Below, piece after piece: positions 11,493 through 22,675 of a stretch of DNA of 64,000 nucleotides. A program made the position numbers and the translations under genes. Location: the NCBI GenBank assembly GCA_963662315.1, contig OY759353.1, positions 4,320,001 to 4,384,000 of the forward strand, given 5' to 3'. The DNA is from Geopsychrobacteraceae bacterium. Its GTDB lineage: Bacteria > Desulfobacterota > Desulfuromonadia > Desulfuromonadales > Geopsychrobacteraceae. Positions within the stretch are counted from its first letter, which is position 1. Each line of letters starts with the position of its first letter. Below the pieces are notes generated by a model. It was not told the origin of the DNA and ran no database searches. It was given only the letters and a program-made list of their open reading frames with translations.

Positions 11493-13150
11493 AAACACAA
11501 TTGCGGCAGGCCATTATGGCCGCTCTTCAAGATTGCTACGCGTCCGGCGAACTTAACAGTGGGGAACTTCCTGAAGAGATTCAACTGGAAGTTCCGAAAA
11601 ACGCTGAACATGGCGATTTTGCAACTAATCTCGCTATGACCCTGGCCAAGCCGGAGCGCAAAGCTCCGCGTCAGATTGCCGAACAGCTGGTCAAGCGCCT
11701 GCAGGAAAATCCACTGTGTGATACTGTGGACATTGCTGGACCGGGTTTTATCAATTTCAGATTGTCTGCTAAATGCTGGTATGAAGTACTTGACCAGGTC
11801 ATGACCAGCGCTGCGGACTATGGTCGCAGCAATGTTGGCAATGGTACAAAAATACAGGTTGAGTTTGTTAGTGCCAACCCTACGGGTCCTTTGCATATCG
11901 GTCATGGCCGCGGTGCTGTCGTCGGTGATGCTCTTGCTGCCGTATTGCAGGCTGCAGGGTATGATGTACAACGTGAATATTACGTTAACGACGCGGGAAA
12001 TCAGGTGGCAACCCTGGGGCGCTCGATCCTGTTACGGCTGCGCGAACTGCAGGGGGAGCAGATTGATTTTCCCGAAGATGGCTACCAGGCCGAGTATGTC
12101 ACTGATGTCGCCCGTAAGTTGCAGGCGGAAAAAGGGGATCTGCGTGGTATCGATGAGGCGGAAGCCATTGAAATCTGCTCACGCTTTGGCGTTGCCGAGA
12201 TTCTGACCTGGATCGAAACAGATCTGGCGGAGTTCGGTATTCGTTTTGACAATTGGTACAGTGAAAAAAGCCTCTATGACCGTTCCATGGTCGATCAGGA
12301 ACTGGCTAAGCTGAAAACGAAGGGGCTGTCTTTCGAGCAGGATAATGCTCTGTGGCTGCGTACAACCGAATATGGTGATGACAAGGATCGGGTGTTGATT
12401 AAATCGGACGGTAGTTACACCTATTTCGCATCTGATGTTGCTTATCATATGGAAAAATTCGATCGTGGTTTCGATCGGGTCATCGATGTATGGGGGGCAG
12501 ACCATCACGGTTATATCCCGCGCATGAAGGCCATGCTCGCCGGTCTTGGGCATGCACCGGAAGATCTTGAAGTATTATTGATCCAGATGGTCAACTTGCT
12601 GCGCGATGGGGTCCCTTTCATCATGGGTAAGCGCTCCGGTAATTTTATCACCCTGCGCGAAGTTATCGATGAAGTCGGGCGTGATGCCTGCCGCTTCTTC
12701 TTTCTTATTCGCCGCTGTGACAGCCAGCTCGATTTCGATCTGGAACTGGCCAAGCAGCAAAGCAGTGACAACCCGGTTTACTATGTTCAGTATGCCCATG
12801 CCCGGGTCTGCAGTATCAACCGCAATGCTGAAGAGGCAGGAATTTCTATGCCGGCAACCGGAGAGGTTGCTTATGAAAAATTGATTCTTCCCGAAGAACT
12901 GGCGTTGGCTCGCTTGCTGGCCCGGTTCCCGGAAACGGTAGCGGGGGCTGCAGTAAATTACGAGCCCCATCGCGTGGTGTTTTATCTTCAGGACCTTGCT
13001 GCCCAGTTCCATAGTTATTACAATCGTCAGCGGGTTCTCGTTGACGATGCAGAAACCAGTCGCGCCAGGTTGTACCTGGTCAATGCCGTCAAGGTTGTTC
13101 TTGGTAACGCACTGACTCTGTTGGGCGTATCGGCTCCGGAGCAGATGTGA
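11489..13150 (+). CDS. argS: Arginine--tRNA ligase
   Basis: EFVSANPTGPLHIGH (HIGH), GADHHGY, YVQYAHAR, terminal APEQM. Confidence 0.98.
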   Translation: MKTQLRQAIMAALQDCYASGELNSGELPEEIQLEVPKNAEHGDFATNLAMTLAKPERKAPRQIAEQLVKRLQENPLCDTVDIAGPGFINFRLSAKCWYEVLDQVMTSAADYGRSNVGNGTKIQVEFVSANPTGPLHIGHGRGAVVGDALAAVLQAAGYDVQREYYVNDAGNQVATLGRSILLRLRELQGEQIDFPEDGYQAEYVTDVARKLQAEKGDLRGIDEAEAIEICSRFGVAEILTWIETDLAEFGIRFDNWYSEKSLYDRSMVDQELAKLKTKGLSFEQDNALWLRTTEYGDDKDRVLIKSDGSYTYFASDVAYHMEKFDRGFDRVIDVWGADHHGYIPRMKAMLAGLGHAPEDLEVLLIQMVNLLRDGVPFIMGKRSGNFITLREVIDEVGRDACRFFFLIRRCDSQLDFDLELAKQQSSDNPVYYVQYAHARVCSINRNAEEAGISMPATGEVAYEKLILPEELALARLLARFPETVAGAAVNYEPHRVVFYLQDLAAQFHSYYNRQRVLVDDAETSRARLYLVNAVKVVLGNALTLLGVSAPEQM

Positions 13151-13169
13151 CCTTAGGGGGATAAAAATT

Positions 13170-13934
13170 ATGAGCGGGGCAACAAAAACCCGGACACAAC
13201 GCAGAATGGAAAAACGTCAGGCTATTATTTTGCTGGTTCTTGTGCTTGCGGTTTCTCTGGTCAGTTTCACCTTGGGGGTGATGATCGGTCGTCGTGGTGC
13301 AGAACGGGAACAGGCGTATCAGCAAACCCAGGTTGAGCGGGTGCTTGTTGCTGAAGCACCGGCGATACCTCCTGCGCCCGAAGGTGCCGGAAGCGATGCT
13401 GTCGATGTGCGTGAGCCTGATGTTGCCGGGGTGCCGGTTCCTGAAGAGGCCGCGGAAGATCCAAAACTGTCTTTTTACGAAGATATTTCCAAACCGGCTG
13501 CTCCTCTGGGCAGTGGCATAAACGTCGCTCTATCAACCGAAAAAGAAGCTGTTCAGCAGCCTCCGATCGCATTGCCGGAACAGCCCATTGTCGCCAAAGC
13601 AGAACCCGCACCAGTAAAAACTGTTCCTGAGCCCAAGGTGGCTGCCGCCGAGGTTAAACAGAGTGCGTCCTCAGATGGCTTGCCTGCTGCCGTTAGCGGT
13701 GGGTCCCATGCTGTGCAGGTAGGTTCCTTCAATGCAGAAAAAGATGCCAGGGCTTTACAACAGAAACTGTTGAAGCAGCACTACCCCGCCTTTGTCGTGG
13801 CTGCCGATCTTGGTGCTAAAGGGCGGTGGTTCCGTGTTCGGGTGGGGCCTTACGCCGATGCGGAAGCTGCTAAGCGGGTCCAGAAGGTTCTGGCGCAACA
13901 GGAAAACGTGAAGGGTTTTGTGTCGCGTCAGTAA
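13170..13934 (+). CDS. SPOR-domain cell division protein (FtsN-like)
   Basis: N-terminal TM, Pro/Ala linker, C-terminal VQVGSF...WFRVRVGPY SPOR motif; follows argS. Confidence 0.85.
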   Translation: MSGATKTRTQRRMEKRQAIILLVLVLAVSLVSFTLGVMIGRRGAEREQAYQQTQVERVLVAEAPAIPPAPEGAGSDAVDVREPDVAGVPVPEEAAEDPKLSFYEDISKPAAPLGSGINVALSTEKEAVQQPPIALPEQPIVAKAEPAPVKTVPEPKVAAAEVKQSASSDGLPAAVSGGSHAVQVGSFNAEKDARALQQKLLKQHYPAFVVAADLGAKGRWFRVRVGPYADAEAAKRVQKVLAQQENVKGFVSRQ

Positions 13935-13972
13935 AAAAATAGTGGGACTGGGAAAAAAAGAAATTTTTTTGA

Positions 13973-14001
13973 TTGACATTATGGTCTCGGGGGTTTATCT
14001 T
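13973..14001 (+). promoter_or_regulatory. Sigma70-type promoter of the tRNA pair
   Basis: TTGACA-17 bp-TATCTT, A/T tracts upstream, GC-rich discriminator, 13 bp before tRNA. Confidence 0.7.
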
Positions 14002-14014
14002 CCGGTCCTCGTAA

Positions 14015-14091
<77 letters not shown>

Positions 14092-14128
14092 AATATAAAA
14101 TCAGCCCATTAGAGTTGAATATAAATTT

Positions 14129-14205
14129 GGCGGTGTAGCTCAGTTGGTTAGAGCATGCGGCTCATATCCGCAGTGTCCGGAGTTCGAATCTCTGCACCGC
14201 CACCA
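14129..14205 (+). tRNA. tRNA-Met (CAT), elongator type
   Basis: 77 nt, GGCGGTG/CACCGCC acceptor stem, CTCATAT loop, TTCGAAT T-loop, CCA end. Confidence 0.9.
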
Positions 14206-14210
14206 TCAAT

Positions 14211-14246
14211 AAAAAAGCTCTTCCTGGTTTCAGGAAGAGCTTTTTT
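14211..14246 (+). terminator. Intrinsic terminator after the tRNAs
   Basis: AAAAAAGCTCTTCCTG gttt CAGGAAGAGCTTTTTT. Confidence 0.8.
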
Positions 14247-14296
14247 CATTTATAGTATATTTTTACTAACCTTGGTTTCTTTACCGGCCGATCATC

Positions 14297-15679
14297 ATGA
14301 ATAATCAATCACTCGTGGCGCATGTTGAATCAGAATTGCCTTCGGATTGTCGCAATATTCTGGTTGCGGTTTCTGGTGGTGTTGATTCTGTTGTTCTGTT
14401 GCATGTCCTGTGTCAGTTACGTGAACGTCATAACCTGGAACTTTATGTGGCCCATCTTGATCATCGGATTCGGGTCGAAAGTGATACTGATGCACAGTTT
14501 GTTCTCCGGTTGTGTGAGGACTGGCAGGTTTTCTGTCGTGTCGAGCGGATGGACGTCCCCGAGATGGCAAAAGCGCAGGGCGAAAGCCTGGAAATGGCGG
14601 GTCGGCATGCGCGTCGAGCCATGTTTGCTGGATTGTCTCAGCTTTATGGTTGCGGACTTGTCGCGCTTGCTCATCATCAGGATGATCAGATTGAGACCTT
14701 CTTGTTGCGCCTGGTGCGTGGCAGTGGGCAGGCTGGCCTTGTCGGCATGAGAAAGCGGTCCGGTCTGTGGTGGCGCCCGCTGTTGGAGGTTACGCGTCAG
14801 CAGATACTGGCTTATGCTACAGAGTGTCAGCTGGAGTGGGTTGACGATAATAGCAACAGTGATCCGGTCTATTTACGCAATCGGATCCGGCATCACATTC
14901 TGCCACTGTTACGTGACATGAACCCGGCGTTTAATCAACGTACCGCGACTCTCATTGAACAGTTTCGTGAGGAAGATGATTATTGGGCGGAGCAGGTTGA
15001 CGGACAGTTTGACGACTGTGTTGTTGACACTGATGATGGCCTCCGATTGACGCGGCAGGGGCTGCTGCAGCTCCATCCTGCCCTGTGTATGCGTGTTCTC
15101 CGTGAAGCGTTGCGGCAGGTCAGGGGGGACTTGTCCGGCATTGAAAGCACTCATCTCTATGCGGTTGCTGAGATGCTCCGTGGAGAACGTAGTCAGGCTC
15201 AGCTGGATCTGCCCGGATGCTGGGTCGCCAGGCGCTATGAAACTTTATGGTTGCGTCTCTTGGCACCGGCTCCAATGCCGGACTATAATGAGCTTCTTCC
15301 TGTACCTGGTCGCCTTGAGTTGCCGAATGGCAAGGTGTTGAGCTCATCATGGCAGCTTCAGGCCCAGGGCGAGACGGCCATGTGCATTGAGCTGGATGCA
15401 CAAAGGCTAGGGCAGCCTCTTCGGGTGCGTAGCTGGAAAGTGGGCGATCGGTTTGTGCCGCTGGGGATGACCGGTAGGAAAAAAATTAAAAGCTATCTCG
15501 GGGATGCCAAGATCGAACTGGAAGAGCGCAGGAAGCTGCTGGTGCTGGTTGCCGGAGAGGAAATTGTCTGGCTGATCGGGTACAGACGTTCGGCGCTGGC
15601 CGGGGTGACCTCCGCCACTCAGAACATCTTGCGCATCGAAGTGTCTTTCTCTTCTGATTCAGGGACAAATAGCTTGTGA
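14297..15679 (+). CDS. tilS: tRNA(Ile)-lysidine synthase
   Basis: VAVSGGVDS PP-loop, AHHQDDQIET, RNRIRH; tilS-ftsH-folP order. Confidence 0.95.
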   Translation: MNNQSLVAHVESELPSDCRNILVAVSGGVDSVVLLHVLCQLRERHNLELYVAHLDHRIRVESDTDAQFVLRLCEDWQVFCRVERMDVPEMAKAQGESLEMAGRHARRAMFAGLSQLYGCGLVALAHHQDDQIETFLLRLVRGSGQAGLVGMRKRSGLWWRPLLEVTRQQILAYATECQLEWVDDNSNSDPVYLRNRIRHHILPLLRDMNPAFNQRTATLIEQFREEDDYWAEQVDGQFDDCVVDTDDGLRLTRQGLLQLHPALCMRVLREALRQVRGDLSGIESTHLYAVAEMLRGERSQAQLDLPGCWVARRYETLWLRLLAPAPMPDYNELLPVPGRLELPNGKVLSSSWQLQAQGETAMCIELDAQRLGQPLRVRSWKVGDRFVPLGMTGRKKIKSYLGDAKIELEERRKLLVLVAGEEIVWLIGYRRSALAGVTSATQNILRIEVSFSSDSGTNSL

Positions 15680-15776
15680 GTCTATCTTCTTTATGATAAT
15701 TTTTTCAGCTAGTTTTAAGCATATTTTTGGTGCCTATCAGGTGCTACAGACATCCATTTAATCACTAGGGGGTCCT

Positions 15777-17747
15777 GTGAGCCAATTTCAGAAAAATTTA
15801 GCACTATGGCTGGTCATTTCTCTGTTGATGATCATGCTTTTCAATATGATGACGCAAAAGGAAACAGAGCAGAAACAGATAAACTACACGGAATTTCTGT
15901 CGGCCGTTGATGCCGGACAGGTAGGCAGTATCACCTTTCAGGGGAATCAGCTGCTCGGGGAATATAAGGATGGTAGCAAGTTCCAGACTTACGCACCGAT
16001 GGATGACGCCCTGATTCCGGAGTTGAAGAGCAAAGGGATCGTTATTGAAGCCAAACCGGTAGATGATCAGGGCTTCTGGTTTACCCTGTTGGTGTCCTGG
16101 GGGCCGATTCTGTTGCTGATCGCGGTCTGGATTTTCTTTATGCGCCAAATGCAGTCTGGCGGCGGTAAAGCCATGAGTTTTGGCAAAAGTAAAGCCAAAC
16201 TGCTGACAGATACTCAGGGGCAGGTGACTTTTAAAGATGTTGCCGGTGTCGACGAAGCAAAACAGGAACTGGAAGAGGTTGTCGAGTTCCTGAAGGATCC
16301 CAAAAAATTTACCAAGCTGGGCGGCAAGATCCCGAAAGGGGTGCTGTTGGTTGGTTCTCCAGGTACTGGTAAGACCTTGCTGGCACGTTCCGTTGCCGGG
16401 GAGGCGGGGGTCCCGTTTTTCACTATCTCCGGTTCCGATTTCGTTGAGATGTTTGTCGGTGTCGGTGCCAGCCGGGTTCGCGACCTGTTCCTGCAGGGGA
16501 AGAAAAACGCTCCCTGTATTATTTTTATTGATGAGATCGATGCTGTCGGTCGCCATCGTGGTGCCGGTCTTGGCGGTGGCCATGATGAGCGTGAGCAGAC
16601 TCTGAACCAGTTGTTGGTTGAGATGGATGGTTTCGAGTCGAATGAGGGGGTTATTCTGGTTGCGGCAACCAACCGCCCGGATGTCCTTGACCCTGCTTTG
16701 CTCCGTCCTGGTCGTTTTGACCGTCAGGTTGTTGTACCACGTCCAGATGTTAGGGGGCGTCACAAGATTCTTCAGGTCCATTCCCGTAAGGTTCCATTGG
16801 CAGACAATGTTGATCTTGAAATCGTCGCCAAAGGAACGCCTGGTTTCTCCGGTGCGGATTTGGCCAACCTGATCAATGAGGGGGCTTTGCTTGCTGCCCG
16901 TGCCAATAAGGTCAAGGTTGATAAAGACGACCTGGAAATGGCTAAAGACAAGGTGCTGATGGGGGCCGAGCGCCGGTCGATGGTAATTACCGAGGAAGAG
17001 AAGAAGGTGACAGCATATCATGAGGCTGGACATGCTCTTGTATCGTTATTGACTCCTGGTTCTGATCCGGTTCATAAGGTTTCAATTATTCCGCGCGGCC
17101 GTGCTATGGGTGTGACCATGTACCTGCCCAGCGAAGAAAAATATAATGAAACAGCAAAAGGGCTGAATATTCGTATCCGCGCCATGCTGGGCGGCCGAAT
17201 TGCTGAAGAGCTGACCTTCGAGTCAGTGACCAGCGGTGCCAGCAATGACCTTGAACGGGTCACAGCCATCGCTCGCAAGATGGTATGTGAATGGGGGATG
17301 AGCGAAAAAATCGGACCTTTGACCTTTGGCGAGAAGGAAGGCGAAGTATTCCTTGGCCGCGATATGGGGCATACCAAAAACTACAGTGAGTCGACTGCCG
17401 TCGATATCGATAATGAAATCCGACGGATTATCATTGAAAACTACGAACTGACCAAGAAGCTGCTGAACGAGCATCGGCAGCAGTTAGTCGATCTGTCCGA
17501 ACTGTTGCTGGAAAAAGAAACTCTCGACGGACGTGAAGTCATTGATGTTGTTTTCCCTGATGGCGCGCCTGAATATCTGCTTCCCAAACAGATTGAAGCA
17601 GAACAGGAAAGTGGCTTTATTGCCGAGGGTGTGCATGCCGAGGGCGCTGTTCGGGATAGTGAGTCGGCTGCTGCCGCTCAACCTGAACAGACGAGTGCTG
17701 AACCCGTTGCTGAACCGGTTGTCCCAGAAGACGAGGTTCCCCAATAG
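15777..17747 (+). CDS. ftsH: ATP-dependent zinc metalloprotease FtsH
   Basis: Two TM helices, [27 protein letters not shown]. Confidence 0.98.
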   Translation: MSQFQKNLALWLVISLLMIMLFNMMTQKETEQKQINYTEFLSAVDAGQVGSITFQGNQLLGEYKDGSKFQTYAPMDDALIPELKSKGIVIEAKPVDDQGFWFTLLVSWGPILLLIAVWIFFMRQMQSGGGKAMSFGKSKAKLLTDTQGQVTFKDVAGVDEAKQELEEVVEFLKDPKKFTKLGGKIPKGVLLVGSPGTGKTLLARSVAGEAGVPFFTISGSDFVEMFVGVGASRVRDLFLQGKKNAPCIIFIDEIDAVGRHRGAGLGGGHDEREQTLNQLLVEMDGFESNEGVILVAATNRPDVLDPALLRPGRFDRQVVVPRPDVRGRHKILQVHSRKVPLADNVDLEIVAKGTPGFSGADLANLINEGALLAARANKVKVDKDDLEMAKDKVLMGAERRSMVITEEEKKVTAYHEAGHALVSLLTPGSDPVHKVSIIPRGRAMGVTMYLPSEEKYNETAKGLNIRIRAMLGGRIAEELTFESVTSGASNDLERVTAIARKMVCEWGMSEKIGPLTFGEKEGEVFLGRDMGHTKNYSESTAVDIDNEIRRIIIENYELTKKLLNEHRQQLVDLSELLLEKETLDGREVIDVVFPDGAPEYLLPKQIEAEQESGFIAEGVHAEGAVRDSESAAAAQPEQTSAEPVAEPVVPEDEVPQ

Positions 17748-18607
17748 TGACTGCGGCACAGCCGTACTTGGAAGGGCGTGGCTGCAGCATCGATTTACGC
17801 CTGCCTGCGATTATGGGCATTCTGAACGTGACCCCGGACAGTTTTTCCGATGGGGGAAGCTTTGTGACACGTGAGTCCATTGTGGCTGGGGCTCTTGCCA
17901 TGCAGGACGCAGGTGCTGCGATAATCGATGTCGGTGGGGAAAGCACCAGACCTGGAGCCCCTGCTGTTTCCGTCACGGAGGAAATTGCGCGGGTTGTTTC
18001 AGCCATCGAATGGATCCGCCAAGAGACAGACCTGCCCATCTCGATTGATACGACGAAATCAGAAGTTGCGCTGGCAGCCATGGCTGTCGGCGCTAACTTT
18101 ATCAATGACATTAGTGGTCTAACCTTCGACCCCAGGATGGTTCAGGTTGCTGTTCAGACTGACGCAGGTCTGTTCCTGATGCACACCCGGGGACGGCCAC
18201 AGGAAATGCAGGCCAATACAGACTATACCGATCTGGTTGGTGAGGTTGTTGCCTTTTTGGAGAACAGTGTCCAGATAGCCGAGCAGGCGGGAATCCCCCG
18301 TCGTAAGATTGGCCTTGATCCGGGTATCGGCTTTGCCAAGGATGTCGATGGGAATTTGATCCTGCTTGGTTCTATGCAACGGTTTCATACCCTTGGGCAT
18401 CCGGTTCTTTTAGGGACCTCACGAAAGAGTTTTATTGGTAAGATAACCGGGCAGGCCGACCCCCGGGACCGGTTGGCCGGAACCTTGGCGACGGTGGCTC
18501 TTGGCGTAGCAGCCGGCGTGCAGTTGTTCAGGGTTCACGATGTTGCTCCGGCACGTGAGGCTGCTTTAGTGGCGTGGGCGATACGCGAAGGGCAGGTGCC
18601 AAGGTGA
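17747..18607 (+). CDS. folP: Dihydropteroate synthase
   Basis: MGILNVTPDSFSDGG, GGESTRPG, DPGIGFAK, SRKSFIG, RVHDV. Confidence 0.97.
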   Translation: MTAAQPYLEGRGCSIDLRLPAIMGILNVTPDSFSDGGSFVTRESIVAGALAMQDAGAAIIDVGGESTRPGAPAVSVTEEIARVVSAIEWIRQETDLPISIDTTKSEVALAAMAVGANFINDISGLTFDPRMVQVAVQTDAGLFLMHTRGRPQEMQANTDYTDLVGEVVAFLENSVQIAEQAGIPRRKIGLDPGIGFAKDVDGNLILLGSMQRFHTLGHPVLLGTSRKSFIGKITGQADPRDRLAGTLATVALGVAAGVQLFRVHDVAPAREAALVAWAIREGQVPR

Positions 18608-18666
18608 TGGCAGCCATGCAGGATTTCCATTTGTTTTCAGGGTGACTCTTTAACTATTAGACAGGC

Positions 18667-19461
18667 GTGACAATGTTCGATGTCTTTTCCAATATCCGCA
18701 TACTCGATATCGTTGACATCTTAATTGTCGCTTTTATTATCTATCGTATTATCCTGTTGATCAAGGGGACGCGGGCGGTTCAGATGCTGCTCGGCTTAGC
18801 CGTCATCTTGGTTGTCTATATGGCTTCCCGGGTCGGCGATCTGCATACTCTCAACTGGTTCCTGAGCAATTTCCTTTCCTCAATAATTCTGGTCATCGTT
18901 GTTATTTTTCAGAATGATATCCGGCGTGCCCTGATGCATGTCGGGCGTAATCCCTTTTTAGGCAGTGCTAACGCCCTTGAAGAATCTGCGGTCATTGACG
19001 AACTGGTAAAGTCTTGTGTCTCGCTGGGAAATCGTAAAATCGGAGCGCTGATCGCTATTGAAAGGGAAACCGGGATCAACGACATTCTTGAGTCCGGAAC
19101 CACAATAGATGCGCGTGTCACCACGGAATTGATTCGGGCGATCTTTATGCCGTCTTCTCCCATTCATGATGGTGCACTGGTACTGCAACAGGGGCGACTG
19201 ACCAAAGCCGGCTGTTTTTTGCCGCTTAGTCAGGGGGCCGAGTTGAATCGCGACCTGGGGACCCGTCACCGTGCGGCAATTGGGCTTACTGAGTTATCGG
19301 ACGCTATTGCCATCATCGTTTCAGAAGAAACGGGCAAGATCTCTGTGGCGGTCAATGGCGGGATCACGCGCAACCTTGATTCTGTCAGCCTTAAAAAAGT
19401 TCTTGGCAGATTGCTGGAGCCACGCAAGGTCAAACTGCACAAGAAAAAGAAGAAGGGATAG
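18667..19461 (+). CDS. cdaA: Diadenylate cyclase CdaA/DacA
   Basis: Three TM helices, HDGA and GTRHRAA catalytic motifs, VSEETG. Confidence 0.94.
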   Translation: MTMFDVFSNIRILDIVDILIVAFIIYRIILLIKGTRAVQMLLGLAVILVVYMASRVGDLHTLNWFLSNFLSSIILVIVVIFQNDIRRALMHVGRNPFLGSANALEESAVIDELVKSCVSLGNRKIGALIAIERETGINDILESGTTIDARVTTELIRAIFMPSSPIHDGALVLQQGRLTKAGCFLPLSQGAELNRDLGTRHRAAIGLTELSDAIAIIVSEETGKISVAVNGGITRNLDSVSLKKVLGRLLEPRKVKLHKKKKKG

Positions 19462-19467
19462 ACGGCA

Positions 19468-20178
19468 ATGTTCAAGCTTCTTACTGAAAACTGGACATTG
19501 AAACTGATCTCAATCGTCTTTGCTATCTTGTTGTGGATTTTTATCATGGGGGAGCGGCGTCTGGAGGTTGGTTTTCGCGTTCCATTGGAAATGCAGAATA
19601 TTCCCGCACAACTGATGATCGCCAATGAGGTTCCGAGTTTGGTGGATGTCAGGATCAGTGGGCCACGGACCCTGCTGATGAAAGTCAGTCCCAACGATAT
19701 CAGTATTGTTGTTGATCTGGGTGATCTCAGGCCGGGGTTGACAACCTTCAAGCGCCTGGAAGAACGCTTGAATCTTCCGAGCGGATTGCGCGTGACCAGA
19801 CTTTCCCCTTCCTTTATTGATCTAAAACTGGAACGGATCAAGGAAAAGCTGGTACCGATCAATATCTCATTAACCGGAGAGCCTCTGGCGGGTTTTGAGG
19901 TTGAAAGTGTGCGGGCAGTTCCTGATAAGGTTACCATTGCCGGGGCTGAGACTGAATTGAAAGGGATCAGTGAGGTCAGGACCGAGGATGTTGATCTGTC
20001 CGGCGTCAATGAGGGCTTTTCGGTGATTGTTCCGCTGATTCACAGCGGGACCTACACCTATTTTAAAGATGAAAAAACAACGGATGTTCAAGTCGGTGTG
20101 CGGGCTGTAGAGGCAGCTCCTGAAATGATAAATGAAGGTGGGCTGCCAGGATCGCAGCCTGTAGAAGGGGTGAAATGA
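19468..20178 (+). CDS. cdaR: YbbR/CdaR-like regulator of diadenylate cyclase
   Basis: N-terminal TM, YbbR-like repeats; between cdaA and glmM. Confidence 0.82.
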   Translation: MFKLLTENWTLKLISIVFAILLWIFIMGERRLEVGFRVPLEMQNIPAQLMIANEVPSLVDVRISGPRTLLMKVSPNDISIVVDLGDLRPGLTTFKRLEERLNLPSGLRVTRLSPSFIDLKLERIKEKLVPINISLTGEPLAGFEVESVRAVPDKVTIAGAETELKGISEVRTEDVDLSGVNEGFSVIVPLIHSGTYTYFKDEKTTDVQVGVRAVEAAPEMINEGGLPGSQPVEGVK

Positions 20179-21542
20179 TGTCCAAAGAGAAAAAGCTGTT
20201 TGGCACCGACGGTGTCCGTGGTGTTGCGAATATTGAACCGATGACAACTGAAATGGCCATGCAGCTTGGCCGTGCAGCTGCTTTTGTATTTAAAAAAGAT
20301 AACAACCGCCGTCATCGGATCGTGATCGGTAAAGATACCCGCCTGTCAGGGTACATGCTTGAAAATGCCCTGGTGGCCGGTATCTGTTCCATGGGGGTCG
20401 ATGTGCTTCTGGTGGGGCCGTTACCCACTCCGGGCATTGCCTTTATAACCTCTTCCATGAGGGCTGACGCCGGCGTGGTTATCAGTGCTTCACATAACCC
20501 CTATCAGGATAACGGGATCAAGTTCTTTTCCAATAATGGATTTAAATTACCCGACAAGCTGGAACTGGAGATTGAAGAACTCATTCTCAATCATCGTCTT
20601 GATGAATTACGGCCTATCGCCGATGAGGTCGGCAAAGCTTACCGGATTGATGATGCCATTGGGCGATATGTCGTCTTTTTGAAGAACTCCTTTCCCAAAG
20701 AGCTGGATCTGCAGGGGCTGAGAATTGTCCTTGATTGTGCTAACGGGGCCGGTTATAAGGTTGCTCCTGCAGTGCTGACGGAGCTTGGTGCCGAGGTGAT
20801 TCCTATCGGGGTTAAACCGGACGGGACCAATATCAACGAGGGGTGCGGATCATTATATCCCGATGTTATGGCCGAGAAAGTCAAAGAATATCGGGCTGAC
20901 CTCGGCATCGCTCTGGATGGGGATGCGGATCGGGTCATTTTCGTCGATGAAAAAGGGCGCGAGGTTGATGGTGATCATATTATGGCCTTGTGCGGCGTGG
21001 AAATGATCAAGACCGGTACCCTGGAGAAGAATACGGTTGTCGCCACCGTCATGAGTAACATGGGGCTGGATATTGCAATGAAAAAGGCTGGCGGCAAGGT
21101 TGTGCGTACCGGGGTTGGTGATCGTTATGTTGTCGAAGAGATGGTCAAAAATGGTTACAACCTTGGCGGCGAACAGTCTGGGCACATGATCTTTTTGGAT
21201 CATAATACGACTGGCGATGGCATTCTTTCCGCGTTGCAGGTGCTGGCCATTATTCAGAAAAGTGGAAAAAAGTTATCCGAGCTGGCCAAGGTGATGACAT
21301 CGCTGCCCCAGGTGTTGGTTAATGCCCGGGTCAGGAAAAAAGCCGATCTGCAGGATATTGCTCCGATTAAAAAGGTGATCGATGAGGTCGAGGCAGAGCT
21401 CGGAGATAAGGGGCGTGTGCTGATCCGTTATTCCGGCACTGAACCCCTATTAAGGATTATGCTGGAAGGGGAATGCCAGGATCGCATCGCGGTCCTGGCC
21501 GATCAACTGGCCGATAGCGTTCGCGAACACATCGGGGCCTGA
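20175..21542 (+). CDS. glmM: Phosphoglucosamine mutase
   Basis: [34 protein letters not shown]. Confidence 0.97.
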   Translation: MMSKEKKLFGTDGVRGVANIEPMTTEMAMQLGRAAAFVFKKDNNRRHRIVIGKDTRLSGYMLENALVAGICSMGVDVLLVGPLPTPGIAFITSSMRADAGVVISASHNPYQDNGIKFFSNNGFKLPDKLELEIEELILNHRLDELRPIADEVGKAYRIDDAIGRYVVFLKNSFPKELDLQGLRIVLDCANGAGYKVAPAVLTELGAEVIPIGVKPDGTNINEGCGSLYPDVMAEKVKEYRADLGIALDGDADRVIFVDEKGREVDGDHIMALCGVEMIKTGTLEKNTVVATVMSNMGLDIAMKKAGGKVVRTGVGDRYVVEEMVKNGYNLGGEQSGHMIFLDHNTTGDGILSALQVLAIIQKSGKKLSELAKVMTSLPQVLVNARVRKKADLQDIAPIKKVIDEVEAELGDKGRVLIRYSGTEPLLRIMLEGECQDRIAVLADQLADSVREHIGA

Positions 21543-21576
21543 TTTCCTAAATTTTGTAAAGACTATGGAGTGAACT

Positions 21577-22293
21577 GTGGCAAAACTAGGCGTAAACGTT
21601 GATCATATTGCAACCATCCGGCAGGCCCGGGGAGTCAGTGAACCGGATCCTGTGACTGCGGCGGCCATTGCCGAGCTGGCGGGAGCCGATGGGATAACGG
21701 TACATTTGCGGGAAGATCGCAGGCATATTCAGGATCGAGACGTAGAGATCCTGCGTAAAACAGTTAAGACCAGACTTAACCTCGAAATGGCCCTGACCGA
21801 TGAAATGGTTGCCATCGCTCTGAGGGTATTGCCCGATTCTGTGACCCTGGTCCCGGAGGGGCGTCATGAACTGACTACTGAAGGCGGACTTGATGTCTGT
21901 TTGCTGCAGTCTACTCTCAAAGAGAAGATTAGCCTGATGCGCCAGGCCGGTATCGTTGTCAGTCTCTTTATTGAGCCTGACATTGATCAGATTAAAGCCA
22001 GTCACAGAGTCGGAGCAGACTATATCGAAATTCACACCGGTACCTACTGTGACGCCCGAATTTCGGCAGAGCGGAACCTGCAATTGCAACGGATCGAAAT
22101 GGCCGTCAGTGCGGCACGCAAACTGGGCCTTGGTGTAAACGCCGGGCATGGTCTTGATTATCGAAATATCGCGCCGGTTGTCGCCTTAAAAGGGATTGAG
22201 GAGTTCAATATCGGGCACAGCATTATCTCCCGTGCCGCTTTGGTTGGTATGGACCAGGCGGTGCGTGAAATGATCGCCTTGATAAAGGGGTAG
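21577..22293 (+). CDS. pdxJ: Pyridoxine 5'-phosphate synthase
   Basis: [33 protein letters not shown]. Confidence 0.97.
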   Translation: MAKLGVNVDHIATIRQARGVSEPDPVTAAAIAELAGADGITVHLREDRRHIQDRDVEILRKTVKTRLNLEMALTDEMVAIALRVLPDSVTLVPEGRHELTTEGGLDVCLLQSTLKEKISLMRQAGIVVSLFIEPDIDQIKASHRVGADYIEIHTGTYCDARISAERNLQLQRIEMAVSAARKLGLGVNAGHGLDYRNIAPVVALKGIEEFNIGHSIISRAALVGMDQAVREMIALIKG

Positions 22294-22297
22294 TTGG

Positions 22298-22675
22298 TTG
22301 GCCATTATCGGGATCGGAACAGACCTGGCTCGGATTGAGCGTTTTCGTAAATTTCTTACTCCTGATAACAAATTTCTGGAGCGGGTCTACTCTTGTGAAG
22401 AACGTGAATATGCCTTTGTCAAGCGCGATCCAGCTCCCCATCTGGCAGCACGTTTTGCAGCCAAAGAAGCGTTTTTAAAAGCGCTTGGTACAGGGTTACG
22501 CGATGGTTTGACCTGGCAGCAGGTTGTAGTGGTGCGGGACGAACTGGGTTGTCCGTCATTACAGGTCAGCGGCAGGGCGGCGCAGTTGATGGCTGAGCGA
22601 GGGGCGAAATCAGCATTTCTCAGCTACTCGCATGACGGAGAGTATGCGGTGGCGACAGTTGTACTGGAGGCCTGA
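22298..22675 (+). CDS. acpS: Holo-ACP synthase
   Basis: GIGTD, ARFAAKEA, SYSHD. Confidence 0.95.
   Translation: MAIIGIGTDLARIERFRKFLTPDNKFLERVYSCEEREYAFVKRDPAPHLAARFAAKEAFLKALGTGLRDGLTWQQVVVVRDELGCPSLQVSGRAAQLMAERGAKSAFLSYSHDGEYAVATVVLEA

Noticed and set aside
14129..14205. tRNA-Ile2 (lysidine) call suggested by adjacency to tilS
   Set aside because: Acceptor stem GGCGGTG lacks C4/C5 and resembles elongator tRNA-Met.
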